Shown: positions 1 to 10,124 of the stretch, in pieces
Numbering within the stretch: position 1 is the first letter of the stretch
Layout of the letters: each line of letters starts with the position of its first letter
DNA from: Bacillota bacterium
GTDB lineage: Bacteria; Bacillota; Clostridia; Christensenellales; SZUA-584
Assembly: GCA_023408075.1 (NCBI GenBank)
Contig: JAEYKW010000046.1
Location: 1 to 64,000, forward strand
Length of the DNA: 64,000 nucleotides
Direction of reading: 5' to 3'
Program-made: the position numbers and the translations under genes
The notes under the pieces: generated by a model
Told to the model about the DNA's origin: nothing
Databases searched by the model: none
The model's input: the letters and a program-made list of their open reading frames with translations, nothing else

Positions 1-93
1 ACGAAGGCAGAAATACAAAGAATTGAGCACTGGATGAATAACTATCCGAGAAGGATGTTTGGATATAAATCTGCCAACGATGTGTACCTGGTA
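1..93 (+). mobile_element. IS30-family transposase, C-terminal fragment (ORF runs off the 5' edge of the window)
   Basis: Frame-1 translation ends ...IEHWMNNYPRRMFGYKSANDVYLV*, matching the conserved IS30 transposase C-terminus (I..W.NNRPRK.LGYK.P.EV). Only 31 codons are visible. Confidence 0.4.
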
Positions 94-152
94 TAATATG
101 GTGGGCAATTAAACTTGCATTCTTCAATGGCTTTTCTTTTTTTATTAAGTTA

Positions 153-182
153 TTGACAAAAAACATGTCCGTCATTTATAAT
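153..182 (+). promoter_or_regulatory. sigma-A type promoter for the leu operon (TTGACA-18 nt-TATAAT)
   Basis: TTGACA at 153-158 and TATAAT at 177-182 are separated by an 18-nt spacer and precede the T-box leader. Confidence 0.5.
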
Positions 183-224
183 GACCACAATAAAGGCTGT
201 GATGGAGATCAGTAGTTAAAAACC

Positions 225-447
225 TGCTTTTTAGAGAGCCGTCGGGTGGTGCAAGACGGCAGGCGGTATTTGATGAACTCGCTCCGTAGCCGCTGTACCG
301 AAAGCTTTTCAGTAGGTGCAGACGTCGTGACTCAACGTTACACGAGGACGGGCATCATGTTGTGCCCTGATGAGCTGGCGGCTATTTAACCGCAAGCAGA
401 GTGGTAACGCGAAGTCTTTCGTCTCTGTATGACGAAGGGCTTTTTTT
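225..447 (+). promoter_or_regulatory. T-box riboswitch leader (probably Leu-specific) with terminator/antiterminator
   Basis: AGAGA/GA-motif region near 234, then a T-box-like sequence AGAGTGGTAACGCG (398-411; consensus GGGTGGTACCGCG). Terminator hairpin CTTTCGTC...GACGAAGG plus T-run at 416-447 lies immediately upstream of leuA. A possible CUC specifier sits in GAACTCGC. Confidence 0.5.
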
Positions 448-522
448 ATTCTAAAAATACGCTTACCGGTCGCAAAACAACATGGATAATAAAAAAAGAT
501 GTATGGAAAAGGAGGCCAAGAC

Positions 523-2040
523 ATGACAACGATCAAGATTTTTGACACCACATTAAGAGACGGCGAACAGTCGCCCGGGTGCAGCATGAACCTGCAGGAA
601 AAGATTGAGGTGGCGCGCCAGCTCGAAAAGCTCGGCGTCGATGTGATTGAGGCCGGTTTTGCGATCGCATCTCCGGGGGACTTTCAATCCGTCAAAACTG
701 TTGCGGAAACCGTGAAAAACGCGCGCGTGGCGAGCCTGTCGCGGGCGCTCACAAAGGACATTGACCGCGCTTATGAAGCGGTGAAAGGCGCGGTGAGCCC
801 GAGAATTCACACGTTTATCGCCACATCGCCGATCCACATGGAATACAAGCTCAAAATGAAGCCGGACGACGTGCTGGCTCAGGCGGCGGCTATGGTGAAA
901 TACGCAAAATCGTTATGCGCCGATGTGGAGTTTTCGGCGGAGGATGCGTCGAGGAGCGAGCCGGAATTTCTGTACCGCGTATTCGAAGCGGTCATTGCGG
1001 CAGGCGCAACCTGCATCAACGTGCCCGATACCGTGGGGTATTCAATGCCCGAAGAGTTCGGCGCGTTGATTAAGAGCGTCAAGGAAAACGTCCGGGGCAT
1101 CGAGAAGGTTGATCTGTCGGTGCACTGTCACAACGATTTGGGGCTGGCCGTGGCGAACTCCTTGGCGGCGATACGCGCGGGCGCCACGCAGGCCGAGTGC
1201 ACGATCAACGGCATCGGCGAACGGGCCGGCAACGCGGCGCTCGAAGAGATCGTGATGTCAATTGCGACGAGACAGGATTTCTACGGCTTTACGACGAATA
1301 TCAATACGAAGCAGATTTATAATTCGTCGCGTTTGATCTCGACCATCACAGGCGTACCGGTACAGCCGAACAAAGCCATTGTGGGCAAAAATGCGTTCGC
1401 GCACGAAGCGGGCATCCATCAGCACGGTGTGCTGGCAAACAAGAAGACCTACGAGATCATGACGCCCGAATCCATCGGCTTGCCGGAAAACGCGATCGTG
1501 CTCGGGAAGCACTCGGGCAAGCACGCTTTTTGCGAGCGCCTCAAGGATTTGGGGTATGTGGTGGATGAGCAGCATTTAAGTGAAAGCTTTGAGCGCTTCA
1601 AAGAGCTGGCGGACAGGAAAAAGGAAGTGTCCGATCTCGATTTGAGAGCCTTGGTGGAGCTGGAGCAGTTTGATATTCCGGCGGACTACGAGTTTGACAC
1701 GTTTGTGATCAACAGCGGCAACAAGATGACGGCCACGGCGGTCGTCAAGCTCATGCACGACGGGCAGGCGGTGGAGGAAGCCGCCACGGGCGACGGCCCC
1801 GTGGATGCCGCGTTCAACGCGATTGAGCGGTGCATCGGCGAGAGCTTCACGCTGGAGGACTACATTGTCCGGTCGGTGACGGGCGGCAAGGACGCGCAGG
1901 GCGAAGTGGTTGTGAAGCTGAGCAAGGACGATAAGAACGTGAAGGGCCGCGGGCTCAGCACGGATATCGTGGAAGCCAGCGTCAAAGCATATATCGATGC
2001 GATCAACAGATATTATTATCAAATGAAAGTGGAGGGCTGA
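523..2040 (+). CDS. leuA: 2-isopropylmalate synthase
   Basis: [19 protein letters not shown]... has the HMGL-like N-terminus and LeuA dimerisation C-terminus. RBS AAAGGAGG lies before ATG 523; the listed ORF 499..2040 includes an upstream in-frame ATG. Confidence 0.92.
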   Translation: MTTIKIFDTTLRDGEQSPGCSMNLQEKIEVARQLEKLGVDVIEAGFAIASPGDFQSVKTVAETVKNARVASLSRALTKDIDRAYEAVKGAVSPRIHTFIATSPIHMEYKLKMKPDDVLAQAAAMVKYAKSLCADVEFSAEDASRSEPEFLYRVFEAVIAAGATCINVPDTVGYSMPEEFGALIKSVKENVRGIEKVDLSVHCHNDLGLAVANSLAAIRAGATQAECTINGIGERAGNAALEEIVMSIATRQDFYGFTTNINTKQIYNSSRLISTITGVPVQPNKAIVGKNAFAHEAGIHQHGVLANKKTYEIMTPESIGLPENAIVLGKHSGKHAFCERLKDLGYVVDEQHLSESFERFKELADRKKEVSDLDLRALVELEQFDIPADYEFDTFVINSGNKMTATAVVKLMHDGQAVEEAATGDGPVDAAFNAIERCIGESFTLEDYIVRSVTGGKDAQGEVVVKLSKDDKNVKGRGLSTDIVEASVKAYIDAINRYYYQMKVEG

Positions 2041-2045
2041 AAAAA

Positions 2046-3305
2046 TTGGGCATGACAATGACGCAAAAAATACTGGCAGCCAAGGCGGGCCTTAAGGAGG
2101 TGCACGCGGGCCAGTTCATCGAAGCGGCTATCGACCTCGCGCTCGGTAACGATATTACCACGCCTGTTGCGATCAAGGAGTTTAAAAAGACAGGGCGCAG
2201 CAAGGTGTTCGATAAGGACAAAATCGCGATTGTGCCGGACCATTTCACGCCGAATAAGGATATCAAGGCCGCCGAGCAGTGCAAAATGATCCGCGAATTC
2301 GCCTATGAACAAAACCTCACCAACTATTTTGAGGTGGGTGAGATGGGCATTGAGCACTGCCTGATCCCCGAAAAGGGCCTCGCGGTGCCGGGCGACGCGA
2401 TCATCGGCGCGGACTCGCACACCTGCACCTACGGCGCGCTTGGCGCTTTCTCCACGGGCGTGGGGAGCACGGACCTTGCGGCCACAATGGCGCGCGGCAA
2501 GTGCTGGTTCAAGGTGCCTGCGGCAATCAAGTTCAACTTAACGGGCAAGCTGCAAAAATGGGTGTCAGGCAAAGACCTGATACTGCACATCATCGGCATG
2601 ATCGGTGTGGACGGCGCGCTTTATCAGTCGATGGAGTTTGCGGGCGACGGCGTCGCCGCGCTCACAATGGACGACCGCTTCACGATTGCGAATATGGCGA
2701 TTGAGGCGGGTGCGAAGAACGGCATATTCCCGGTGGATGAGCAGACGCTTGCGTATGTCAAAGAGCACGCCATCAAGCCGTATCGGGTGTTCGAAGCGGA
2801 CGACGACGCGGAGTACACGCGCGTGATCGATATCGATCTTGGTGCACTGCGCCCGACGGTGGCGTTCCCGCATCTGCCCGAGAACACAAAGACGATCGAC
2901 GAAGTCGGCGACATCAGAATCGATCAGGTGGTTATCGGCTCGTGCACAAACGGGCGCATGACGGACCTGCGCATCGCGGCGGATATACTGCGCGGGCGCA
3001 AGGTGAAAAAGGGCGTACGCGTGATCGTATTTCCGGGTACACAGGCCATCTATCTGCAGGCGGTTAAGGAAGGGCTTGTCACCGATATCGTGGAAGCGGG
3101 CGCGGCTTTCTCGACGCCGACCTGCGGGCCGTGTCTCGGCGGGCATATGGGTATACTCGCGGCGGGCGAACGGTCGATATCGACGACGAACCGCAACTTT
3201 GTCGGGCGCATGGGGCATGTGGAATCCGAAGTGTATCTTGCGAGCCCGGCTGTCGCGGCCGCATCGGCGTTAACGGGACGTATTGAAGACCCGGCCAATA
3301 TATAG
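2046..3305 (+). CDS. leuC: 3-isopropylmalate dehydratase large subunit (short/archaeal-type)
   Basis: 419-aa aconitase-family protein ([15 protein letters not shown], Cys ligands SCTNGR...TCGPCLG). GGAGGG RBS at 2031-2036; TTG 2046 or ATG 2052 as start. Confidence 0.9.
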   Translation: MGMTMTQKILAAKAGLKEVHAGQFIEAAIDLALGNDITTPVAIKEFKKTGRSKVFDKDKIAIVPDHFTPNKDIKAAEQCKMIREFAYEQNLTNYFEVGEMGIEHCLIPEKGLAVPGDAIIGADSHTCTYGALGAFSTGVGSTDLAATMARGKCWFKVPAAIKFNLTGKLQKWVSGKDLILHIIGMIGVDGALYQSMEFAGDGVAALTMDDRFTIANMAIEAGAKNGIFPVDEQTLAYVKEHAIKPYRVFEADDDAEYTRVIDIDLGALRPTVAFPHLPENTKTIDEVGDIRIDQVVIGSCTNGRMTDLRIAADILRGRKVKKGVRVIVFPGTQAIYLQAVKEGLVTDIVEAGAAFSTPTCGPCLGGHMGILAAGERSISTTNRNFVGRMGHVESEVYLASPAVAAASALTGRIEDPANI

Positions 3306-3321
3306 GAAGGAAGAGTGACCA

Positions 3322-3801
3322 ATGAGCAAGGTTTATAAATACGGCAATAACGTGGATACGGATGTGATCATACCCGCAAGGTATTTGAATACGTCGGACG
3401 AGAAGGAACTCGCATCGCACTGCATGGAGGATATCGATACCGAGTTTGCCAAAACGGTGCAGCCCGGCGATATCATCGTGGCGGAAGCCAATTTTGGCTG
3501 CGGGTCCTCGCGCGAGCATGCGCCCATCGCGATCAAGGAGTCGGGTATTTATTGCGTAATCGCCAAAACGTTCGCGCGCATATTCTTCCGCAACGCGATC
3601 AACATCGGCCTGCCGATACTCGAATGCGAGGAAGCCGTGAACGGCACGCAGAGCGGCGATGAGCTTGAGGTGGATATCAATACGGGTGTGATTAAAAATT
3701 TAACGCGCGGCACAACGTTTCAGGCGGAGCCGTTTCCGCCGTTTATGCGCGGCATCATCGATGCGGGCGGCCTCGTGAAAGCGATATCGAAGCCGGAGTA
3801 A
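3322..3801 (+). CDS. leuD: 3-isopropylmalate dehydratase small subunit
   Basis: 159-aa aconitase C-terminal swivel domain lies directly after leuC, with RBS GGAAGGA. Confidence 0.88.
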   Translation: MSKVYKYGNNVDTDVIIPARYLNTSDEKELASHCMEDIDTEFAKTVQPGDIIVAEANFGCGSSREHAPIAIKESGIYCVIAKTFARIFFRNAINIGLPILECEEAVNGTQSGDELEVDINTGVIKNLTRGTTFQAEPFPPFMRGIIDAGGLVKAISKPE

Positions 3802-3818
3802 GAAAAATAGCAATAAGA

Positions 3819-3856
3819 GGGTTCCAGAAGCAAATAGCCGACGGAGCCCTTTTTAT
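3819..3856 (+). terminator. Rho-independent terminator after leuD
   Basis: GGGTTCC...GGAGCCC stem (one G-U pair) is followed by TTTTT. Confidence 0.4.
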
Positions 3857-4136
3857 ATCTTCCGAGCGACAGAGAACATTCATCTTTTCCAAATATCCTC
3901 GGAGGGCGATAAGGGCGTAGACAGCCGCAAAGGCAATCCCTATAGCATATAGGAGAGGCTGTTGCGGTAGACGGAAAGCCCACGCAAAAAGCTTTTGACT
4001 CGGATGCGTTTCGCTTCGTCGTCATGCCACAGTTTTGCGCCGCTTTTCGCAGCCATGACAGGAAGTGGTTTTTCATAAAAAAAGGATTCCGGACATAAAT
4101 CCGAAACCCTTCTATAATCTTGGAATCCTCTTATCC

Positions 4137-4736
4137 TTATTTTCCGGACAGCGACACCGGCATACGCTTGAGTATGGCCATACCGAGCGGAATGGCCACC
4201 GCGAATTTGAGTATATCGAGCAGTATGAAAACGCCGTTGTACGAGATGATGATCGTGTCAAGCGCGACGCCTTTGCCCATATAGGCATTCAATATGATCG
4301 ACATATAAGTCACGCCGATCACATACATAACCGCAACGCAAAGCAGTGAATACCCGATGATTCGAAGAATCTGCGGCGCTGCGGGTTCTCCTGCCTTCCT
4401 GCCGATAAGAACCAGAATGTTGCGCCTCACGAGCAGGCTGATCAGCATGGCCGTCACGCAAAAACCGATGATGAACCCGAATGACGGCTGCAGGACATAG
4501 CCAAGGCCGCCGCCGTTCATAAACACCGGCAGGCCGACCAGCCCGATGGCGGCATACACGGCTTGAGATATGAGTGCGAATTTGGGCTCGAGCAGCAGAC
4601 CGGCCAGAAATATAAAGAAAGTCTGCAGCGTGAAGCTCATCGGCGTGCCGGGTATCGGAATCTTGATAAAAATTCCGGCGGCTGTGAGTGCGGCAAAAAG
4701 CGCGCAGAATACCATTTGTCTTGTTTTCATAAGCAC
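4137..4736 (-). CDS. bioY: Biotin transporter BioY (ECF-type S component)
   Basis: 199-aa polytopic membrane protein. The IPIPGTPMSFTLQTFFIFLAGLLL motif is typical of BioY. GAGGTG RBS. Confidence 0.7.
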   Translation of the reverse strand: MLMKTRQMVFCALFAALTAAGIFIKIPIPGTPMSFTLQTFFIFLAGLLLEPKFALISQAVYAAIGLVGLPVFMNGGGLGYVLQPSFGFIIGFCVTAMLISLLVRRNILVLIGRKAGEPAAPQILRIIGYSLLCVAVMYVIGVTYMSIILNAYMGKGVALDTIIISYNGVFILLDILKFAVAIPLGMAILKRMPVSLSGK

Positions 4737-4743
4737 CTCATAA

Positions 4744-4774
4744 TGTAAACTTGAAATATCAAAGTGAGTTTACA
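4744..4774. promoter_or_regulatory. BirA-type operator (TGTAAAC-N17-GTTTACA) upstream of bioY
   Basis: Perfect 7-bp inverted repeat with a 17-nt spacer lies 8-38 bp upstream of the bioY start, the position expected for bioO in Firmicutes. Confidence 0.45.
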
Positions 4775-4851
4775 ATATGGCCCGTCATTTGTCAATGACA
4801 ATTTTGTCACAAAGAAGATGCGCGAAATGACTTTGCAACGAATTTAAAATC

Positions 4852-5457
4852 ATGTATAATTCGTGTATGATGTCATTGCTGTTAATCATTCAGTCAGCTG
4901 TTCCGACGGACGAGAAGGAATTGAAGCTGATTCAATATGCGCAGAAGGGTGACCAGCAGGCGCTGGAAACGCTGCTTTTGAAATACGAAAAAAAAGTCTA
5001 CAATGTGGCTTACCGCTTCATGGGCAATGAGGCCGATGCTTACGATATGGCGCAGGAGTCCTTAATCAAGATCTATAAAGGTGTCAGAACCTTTCGTTTG
5101 GAAGCGTCTTTTTCGTCCTGGGTGTACAGAGTGACCGTCAACACATGCCTTGATGAGCTGCGCAAGCGCAAAAAAGCACCGCTATCTCTCGATAACACGC
5201 TCGAAAGCGGCGTGGTGATTGAAGACAGAGCGGGGCTCACGCCCGAAATCCACGCGCTTAATATCGAAAGCAGGGAAGACATACAAAAGGCCATCAGTAC
5301 GCTGTCCGCAGATCACCGCATCACGGTCGTGCTGCGCGATATACAGGGGCTGACCTACGAAGAAATCGCCGAAACGCTCAGCATTTCCATCGGGACTGTG
5401 AAATCCCGCTTAAACCGGGGGCGGCAGCGCCTCAAAGAAATCTTGATCGAAAGATGA
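4852..5457 (+). CDS. ECF-family RNA polymerase sigma factor (sigma-70 regions 2 and 4)
   Basis: ALETLLLKYEKKVYNVAYRFMGNEADAYDMAQESLIKIY (region 2) and LTYEEIAETLSISIGTVKSRLNRGRQRL (region 4). The true start is probably downstream of 4852, because a TTGCAA-16-TATAAT promoter (4833-4860) lies inside the listed ORF. Confidence 0.8.
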   Translation: MYNSCMMSLLLIIQSAVPTDEKELKLIQYAQKGDQQALETLLLKYEKKVYNVAYRFMGNEADAYDMAQESLIKIYKGVRTFRLEASFSSWVYRVTVNTCLDELRKRKKAPLSLDNTLESGVVIEDRAGLTPEIHALNIESREDIQKAISTLSADHRITVVLRDIQGLTYEEIAETLSISIGTVKSRLNRGRQRLKEILIER

Positions 5458-5545
5458 TTTATTGGAACATATGCCAAAAAGCCAACGTCTAATCGGTGTG
5501 ATCAGACGTTTTTTGTTTTCATAAAACAAGTGGTGGGAGGGTGTA

Positions 5546-6526
5546 ATGAAAAAGTTACTGGTATTTTTGACAATAGCCGCGCTGATGGTGGCGGCGCTGG
5601 CGGGATGCTCGTCCCGGAGCGAATCCGGGGGAGGCAACTATTACGCGCAGGGTGAGGTGGCCGAAGCGCCGGTGCCGGCCGCTTACGACGACGCCGCAAC
5701 GCAGGAATCGGCTTCGGCGGAAGAAGCTCCGGCTGAATCGGCGGCACCCGCGCCCGATGCGGGGCTCAATTACGACGGTTCCATACTGGCTCCCGACGCC
5801 AAACGGAAGATCGTCTACTATGGCAGCTTCTCGATCCGCACAAAGGACTTCGATGCCGATTACGACAGCCTGCTGGCATCGCTTGAGAGAATGGGCGGGT
5901 ATATCGAATCATCGTCGGTATCCGGCAGCAAGCCCGACGAATGGAATGAACAGGGACGGACTGCGAGCCTGACGCTGCGCGTACCAAGCAGCAGGTTCAG
6001 CGAGTTTACAGGCTTGCTCGGCGATATGGGCGAGACGGTATCGAGCTCGGTGAGCGGGCAGGATATTTCGCTGCAGTATTTTGATACCGAAACAAAGCTC
6101 AAGACGCTACGCGCAAGAGAGACGCGGCTGCTCGAGCTGCTCGGAAAAGCGACGACGATGGAGGATATCGTCGAGCTCGAAAAAGCGCTGGCCGATGTTT
6201 CTTACGAGATACAGATGCTCGAAACCAGCCTGAGGGACTACGACAGCCTGATCGATTATTCTACCGTCACGATTGAGATGCAGGAGGTCAATCAGGTGGC
6301 GGCGGTGACGCCGCCGGATGAAAGCATCGGAACGCGCATTTCGAACGCATTCTATTCGGTGCTCAACGTGCTGGCGGACTTCGGCGAATTCCTGCTTGTG
6401 TTCTTTATCGGCGGAGCGCCCGTTATCGTGCCGCTTGCGGCGGTGATCGTGTTGATTATCATTCTCGTGAAGCGCAGGAAAAAGAAGCAGATACAGGCCC
6501 GGAATATGCCGAACGATATCAAATAA
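5546..6526 (+). CDS. DUF4349-domain lipoprotein with C-terminal TM anchor (putative anti-sigma partner of the ECF sigma)
   Basis: Lipobox LAGC at the N-terminus, a central DUF4349-like region (YYGSFSIRTKDFDADY...LKTLRARETRLLELL) and a C-terminal hydrophobic helix plus KRRKKK. Sits immediately downstream of the ECF sigma gene. Confidence 0.6.
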   Translation: MKKLLVFLTIAALMVAALAGCSSRSESGGGNYYAQGEVAEAPVPAAYDDAATQESASAEEAPAESAAPAPDAGLNYDGSILAPDAKRKIVYYGSFSIRTKDFDADYDSLLASLERMGGYIESSSVSGSKPDEWNEQGRTASLTLRVPSSRFSEFTGLLGDMGETVSSSVSGQDISLQYFDTETKLKTLRARETRLLELLGKATTMEDIVELEKALADVSYEIQMLETSLRDYDSLIDYSTVTIEMQEVNQVAAVTPPDESIGTRISNAFYSVLNVLADFGEFLLVFFIGGAPVIVPLAAVIVLIIILVKRRKKKQIQARNMPNDIK

Positions 6527-6538
6527 GGAGAGAGCGAT

Positions 6539-7288
6539 ATGAAAAGAAAAAGCAGTTTTCTCTTCGTGCCGATTGCGGTTATGCTGGTGCTCACATTGGC
6601 CGGATGTGCGGTACGTGCTGACGGCGACGGAGCCAGCATTTTACCTGTCGGCGAAGACGCAAAAGCCCCCAAAAGCATCTCCGTATCCGCGCAGGGCAAG
6701 GTGACGGCGCAGCCCGATGTGGCGTATGTCACCGTTGGCGTCACCACACAGAATAAAGACATGCAGGAAGCGCAGGATAATAACGCGCAGACCATGAACG
6801 CGATGACGGAAGCGCTCAAGAGCGCGGGACTGACGGAAGACGACATCAAAACCACGCAGTACAACGCGTACCCGATCTACGATTATTCGAGCGGCACGAA
6901 CAAGATTGTGAACTACGAGGTAAATAATCAGGTGGAGCTCACGATCAAAGACATCACGCGCGTCGGCGAATACATCGATATCGCCGTGAATAACGGGGCG
7001 AATATGACGAATGCGATCAGCTTTGGCATACTCGATCAGCAGGCCATTTACAACGACGCACTCAAGCTCGCGGTGGAGGCGGCCAAGGCGAAGGCCGATA
7101 CGCTTGCAGCCGCAGGCGGCGTGAAAATCGTCGGGATATTGCAGATGGCCGAGAATTCAAGCGGCGGGGGAATTGTGAGAGAATATCCCGAGGCCGCGAT
7201 GGACGAAGGCAAATCCGGCTCCACGCCGATTTCCTCGGGAAATCTTGACATTGAGGCCAATGTGACAGTTGTATACGAGATTGAATAA
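6539..7288 (+). CDS. SIMPL-domain (DUF541) lipoprotein
   Basis: Lipobox LAGC. The SIMPL signature is present (SISVSAQGKVTAQPDVAYVTVGV...LDIEANVTVVYEIE). Confidence 0.65.
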   Translation: MKRKSSFLFVPIAVMLVLTLAGCAVRADGDGASILPVGEDAKAPKSISVSAQGKVTAQPDVAYVTVGVTTQNKDMQEAQDNNAQTMNAMTEALKSAGLTEDDIKTTQYNAYPIYDYSSGTNKIVNYEVNNQVELTIKDITRVGEYIDIAVNNGANMTNAISFGILDQQAIYNDALKLAVEAAKAKADTLAAAGGVKIVGILQMAENSSGGGIVREYPEAAMDEGKSGSTPISSGNLDIEANVTVVYEIE

Positions 7289-7305
7289 CCAACCAATCCC
7301 CTTTA

Positions 7306-7334
7306 GGCCGGAGACCATGATCTCCGGTTTTTTT
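7306..7334 (+). terminator. Rho-independent terminator
   Basis: GGCCGGAGA-ccatga-TCTCCGG followed by TTTTTTT. Confidence 0.7.
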
Positions 7335-7672
7335 GTGCTTAGATTGAAAAAGCCTTCTCCTTTGAGGAGAAGGTGGTGCGCAGCACCGGATGAGGTGGCA
7401 AGCCGAAACTGTTCATACAGCCTCCTCATCAGCCGTCTGCGAGGCGCAGCGCCCAATCGACGAAAAAGCCGGCACAAATCGCTTATGTGAGAGAAAGAAA
7501 CTCTCGTGGACATATCAAATATGCGCAGTCAGCCGTATACGCGTCACAGGAATGATATCAGCATCTAGCGCAATATGTTTCGCCGGTTCTGCGCGAGCTG
7601 TTGGATCAGCAGAAAACTTATCATATCGCATCAAACTGACGGACATACTATCTTCTGAAAGGAAGGCATCAG

Positions 7673-8680
7673 ATGAAGACATTTATTCCGTCACGGGTCT
7701 ATGCGGAAAAAGGCTGCGACAGCTACCGGCTCGGCAGAGAGCTCATTAAAAAATACACCGATATGGGTATCGATATTATCAAGATCGATAATCACAACAA
7801 AATCCCCGAGCTTCGGGAACGGCCCAATGCAGATTTCTCGAAGATGAAAAATTATCTCGTGCTCGGTATCAGAAAATCGCTGACGCATCAGAAGAACAAC
7901 AAAACCTCGGATTTTCTTGTGCCGTATACGTCATCGGGCTGTGCCGCGATGTGCCTTTACTGTTACCTCGTCTGCACCTATTACACCAGCGCTTACTTGC
8001 GCGTATTTGTGAACCGCGAGGAGATGATGGAAAAATTAAAGCGCGCGGCCGATAAATATCCGGGCAGCGTATTTGAAATCGGCAGCAATTCAGACCTTGT
8101 TCTCGAGAACACGGTGAGCGGCAATCTCGAATGGACAATCAAACAGTTTTCTGAGGTGGATCACGCGCGCCTCACGCTGCCCACGAAGTTCAGCATGGTG
8201 GACACGCTGCTTGATTTGCCGCATGGACACAACGTCACGATCCGCATGAGTCTCAACCCGCAGGAGATCATATCGCATGTGGAATTCGGCACTTCCAGGC
8301 TGCTGGACCGTATAGATGCGCTCAACAAGCTCTATACCGCCGGTTACGATACGGGCATACTCGTCGCGCCGATCATCATGGCGGAGGGGTACAGGGAGAT
8401 GTACGAAAAGCTTTTTGCTGTGATGGCGGAAAAGCTGCTGCCCGGCATTAAAAGCTCGGTGGCGCTGGAACTGATCTATATGACGTATGGCATGGTCACA
8501 AAATCGATCAACGAAGAAGCGTTCCCGGGCGCGTGGAGCCTTTATAACAAAGAATCGATGGCGTTCTGCGGACGCAGCCGCTATGGCTATAAGCGCGATA
8601 CGAAGGAGGAGGCATCCGCGTTTTTCCGCGACCGCATCGCGCATTATCTGCCCGAGGCGAGCATCGCGTATATCGTATAA
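7673..8680 (+). CDS. splB: Spore photoproduct lyase (radical SAM)
   Basis: Colinear similarity to B. subtilis SplB, including the CxxxCxxC radical-SAM motif (CAAMCLYC), LVLGIRKSL and the SIAYIV C-terminus. A possible forespore-type -10 CATACTA lies at 7644-7650. Confidence 0.9.
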   Translation: MKTFIPSRVYAEKGCDSYRLGRELIKKYTDMGIDIIKIDNHNKIPELRERPNADFSKMKNYLVLGIRKSLTHQKNNKTSDFLVPYTSSGCAAMCLYCYLVCTYYTSAYLRVFVNREEMMEKLKRAADKYPGSVFEIGSNSDLVLENTVSGNLEWTIKQFSEVDHARLTLPTKFSMVDTLLDLPHGHNVTIRMSLNPQEIISHVEFGTSRLLDRIDALNKLYTAGYDTGILVAPIIMAEGYREMYEKLFAVMAEKLLPGIKSSVALELIYMTYGMVTKSINEEAFPGAWSLYNKESMAFCGRSRYGYKRDTKEEASAFFRDRIAHYLPEASIAYIV

Positions 8681-9116
8681 GTAAAAAAGCCGAAGATTAT
8701 GCGGCTTATACTGCTGGAAAAGCAACAAAACGTCATTCCGATGGAGCGTAAGCGGAAGAGGAATCCCATGATTAAGAGCATTAGTATTCGGGATGCTCTC
8801 CGCCTGGCAATCGTGTCACTCCGCTCTTCATTAACGCGGTGGAATGCATGATATAGTATGGTTCTCATAAAGTTGAGTTGCAATTGTATCCACCTTCAAA
8901 CTGAGAAGATTAAGTATTTAACTAAGATGCAAGCTGTCACGGCAGTTGGGCGGCGGGAGGAAAAGCACTGCCACTTCCTCTGCGGAGGCGTGGATTGAAG
9001 AGAGGATAAGTTTCCTCCGGGGGGCGCCGGCTCTTGACAGACGCCCTCATAGGTATGACTTGTGAGAGATGATAAAGCTTGTTGATATTATGCGAGCTTA
9101 AGGCTATATGCGCAGA

Positions 9117-10124
9117 TTATTCAATAGCGTTCAGCATCGCCATATAATCGTCCGGCAGAGCGATATCCAGCGCTCCCATATTCTCAAGGTACTGATCCTT
9201 GCGGCTGAAGCCGATGATCGGGATGATCTGCGGGTCGTGCCGCAGCAGCCACGCGAGCACAAGCTGATTGCCCGTTACGCCGAGCTCCTGCGCGAGCTTA
9301 TCAACGAGCGCGAGCTTTTTGCGGCTCTCTTCGTTGTCGTACAGGTGACGGTTGTAATAGGTTTCGCGCTTGTCTTTGTTGCCGTAGATACCCTTGAGCA
9401 GCGGCGAGTACGCGAGAAACGCCATACCCTGCGAGGCCATGCTGTCAAACATCTGCGCATCGGCATGCTCGACGATGCCGGTGTCAAGGCTTCTGTCCGG
9501 GTGCAGATACGAATATTCCTGCTGCATGGCCACATACGGCGCGAAGCCTTTTTCTCTGCTTACCCTGTTGGCTTCTTCAATTTTCTGTGTGATGATGTTG
9601 CTGCAGCCGATATGGCGCACCTTGCCTTCTTTAATCAGGTTGTTGAACGTTTCTATCGTCTCTTCGAGCGGCGTCACTTCGTCAAACACATGCGCGTAAT
9701 AAAGATCGATGCGATCGGTTTTGAGGCGCTTTAAGCTGCCCTCCACGCCTTTCTTAATCACAGCGGCATTGAGCCCCTCGTATTCCGCACGCACACGGTG
9801 CCATTCGATTTCACCGTTAACGCGTATGCCATGCACATTCTTAAGGCGTCCGCCGACCTTGGTGGCGAGAAAAATCTCATCGCGGCATTGCCTGTCGCTG
9901 AGCCATTCACCGATCACGTTTTCGCTTTCGTCGCCGATGTACTCGCCGTTGCCCATCCACCAGGTATAACAGTTGGCGGTGTCAAGAAAATTACCGCCAT
10001 GCTCTCTGAAGTGATCCAGCACCTCGAATGACGTTTTTTTGTCCATGGCCGTGCCCATCAGCATGCAGCCGAGGCAGTATTGGCTCACTTGATCCGCCGT
10101 ATTAGCAAAATTCACTCGTTTCAT
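9117..10124 (-). CDS. Aldo/keto reductase family oxidoreductase
   Basis: AKR fold motifs are present (LDTANCY, GCSNI, IPIIGFSRKDQYLEN). Start chosen at MKRVNF with a GGAGG RBS. Confidence 0.85.
   Translation of the reverse strand: MKRVNFANTADQVSQYCLGCMLMGTAMDKKTSFEVLDHFREHGGNFLDTANCYTWWMGNGEYIGDESENVIGEWLSDRQCRDEIFLATKVGGRLKNVHGIRVNGEIEWHRVRAEYEGLNAAVIKKGVEGSLKRLKTDRIDLYYAHVFDEVTPLEETIETFNNLIKEGKVRHIGCSNIITQKIEEANRVSREKGFAPYVAMQQEYSYLHPDRSLDTGIVEHADAQMFDSMASQGMAFLAYSPLLKGIYGNKDKRETYYNRHLYDNEESRKKLALVDKLAQELGVTGNQLVLAWLLRHDPQIIPIIGFSRKDQYLENMGALDIALPDDYMAMLNAIE

Noticed and set aside
553-2058. Several minus-strand ORFs (94, 73, 105 and 160 aa) inside leuA
   Set aside because: They lie entirely antisense to a well-supported conserved gene in GC-rich sequence. 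The translations are Arg/Ala-rich low-complexity, as expected for spurious reverse-frame ORFs.
2565-3218. 217-aa minus-strand ORF and several smaller ORFs overlapping leuC
   Set aside because: Antisense or shadow ORFs within leuC; no RBS or domain. The high-GC codon bias of the true frame explains the long open reverse frames.
5652-5972. 106-aa plus-strand ORF in an alternative frame within the DUF4349 gene
   Set aside because: Alternative frame of an Ala/Pro-rich linker-coding region; composition-driven; no start context.
8700-9100. 400-bp gene-free region after splB, with a 79-aa minus-strand ORF (8644-8883)
   Set aside because: No convincing RBS, domain or conserved structure recognisable; left unannotated rather than called as ncRNA or CDS.
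9108-9734. 208-aa plus-strand ORF overlapping the aldo/keto reductase gene
   Set aside because: Antisense to a gene with clear AKR motifs; no independent support.
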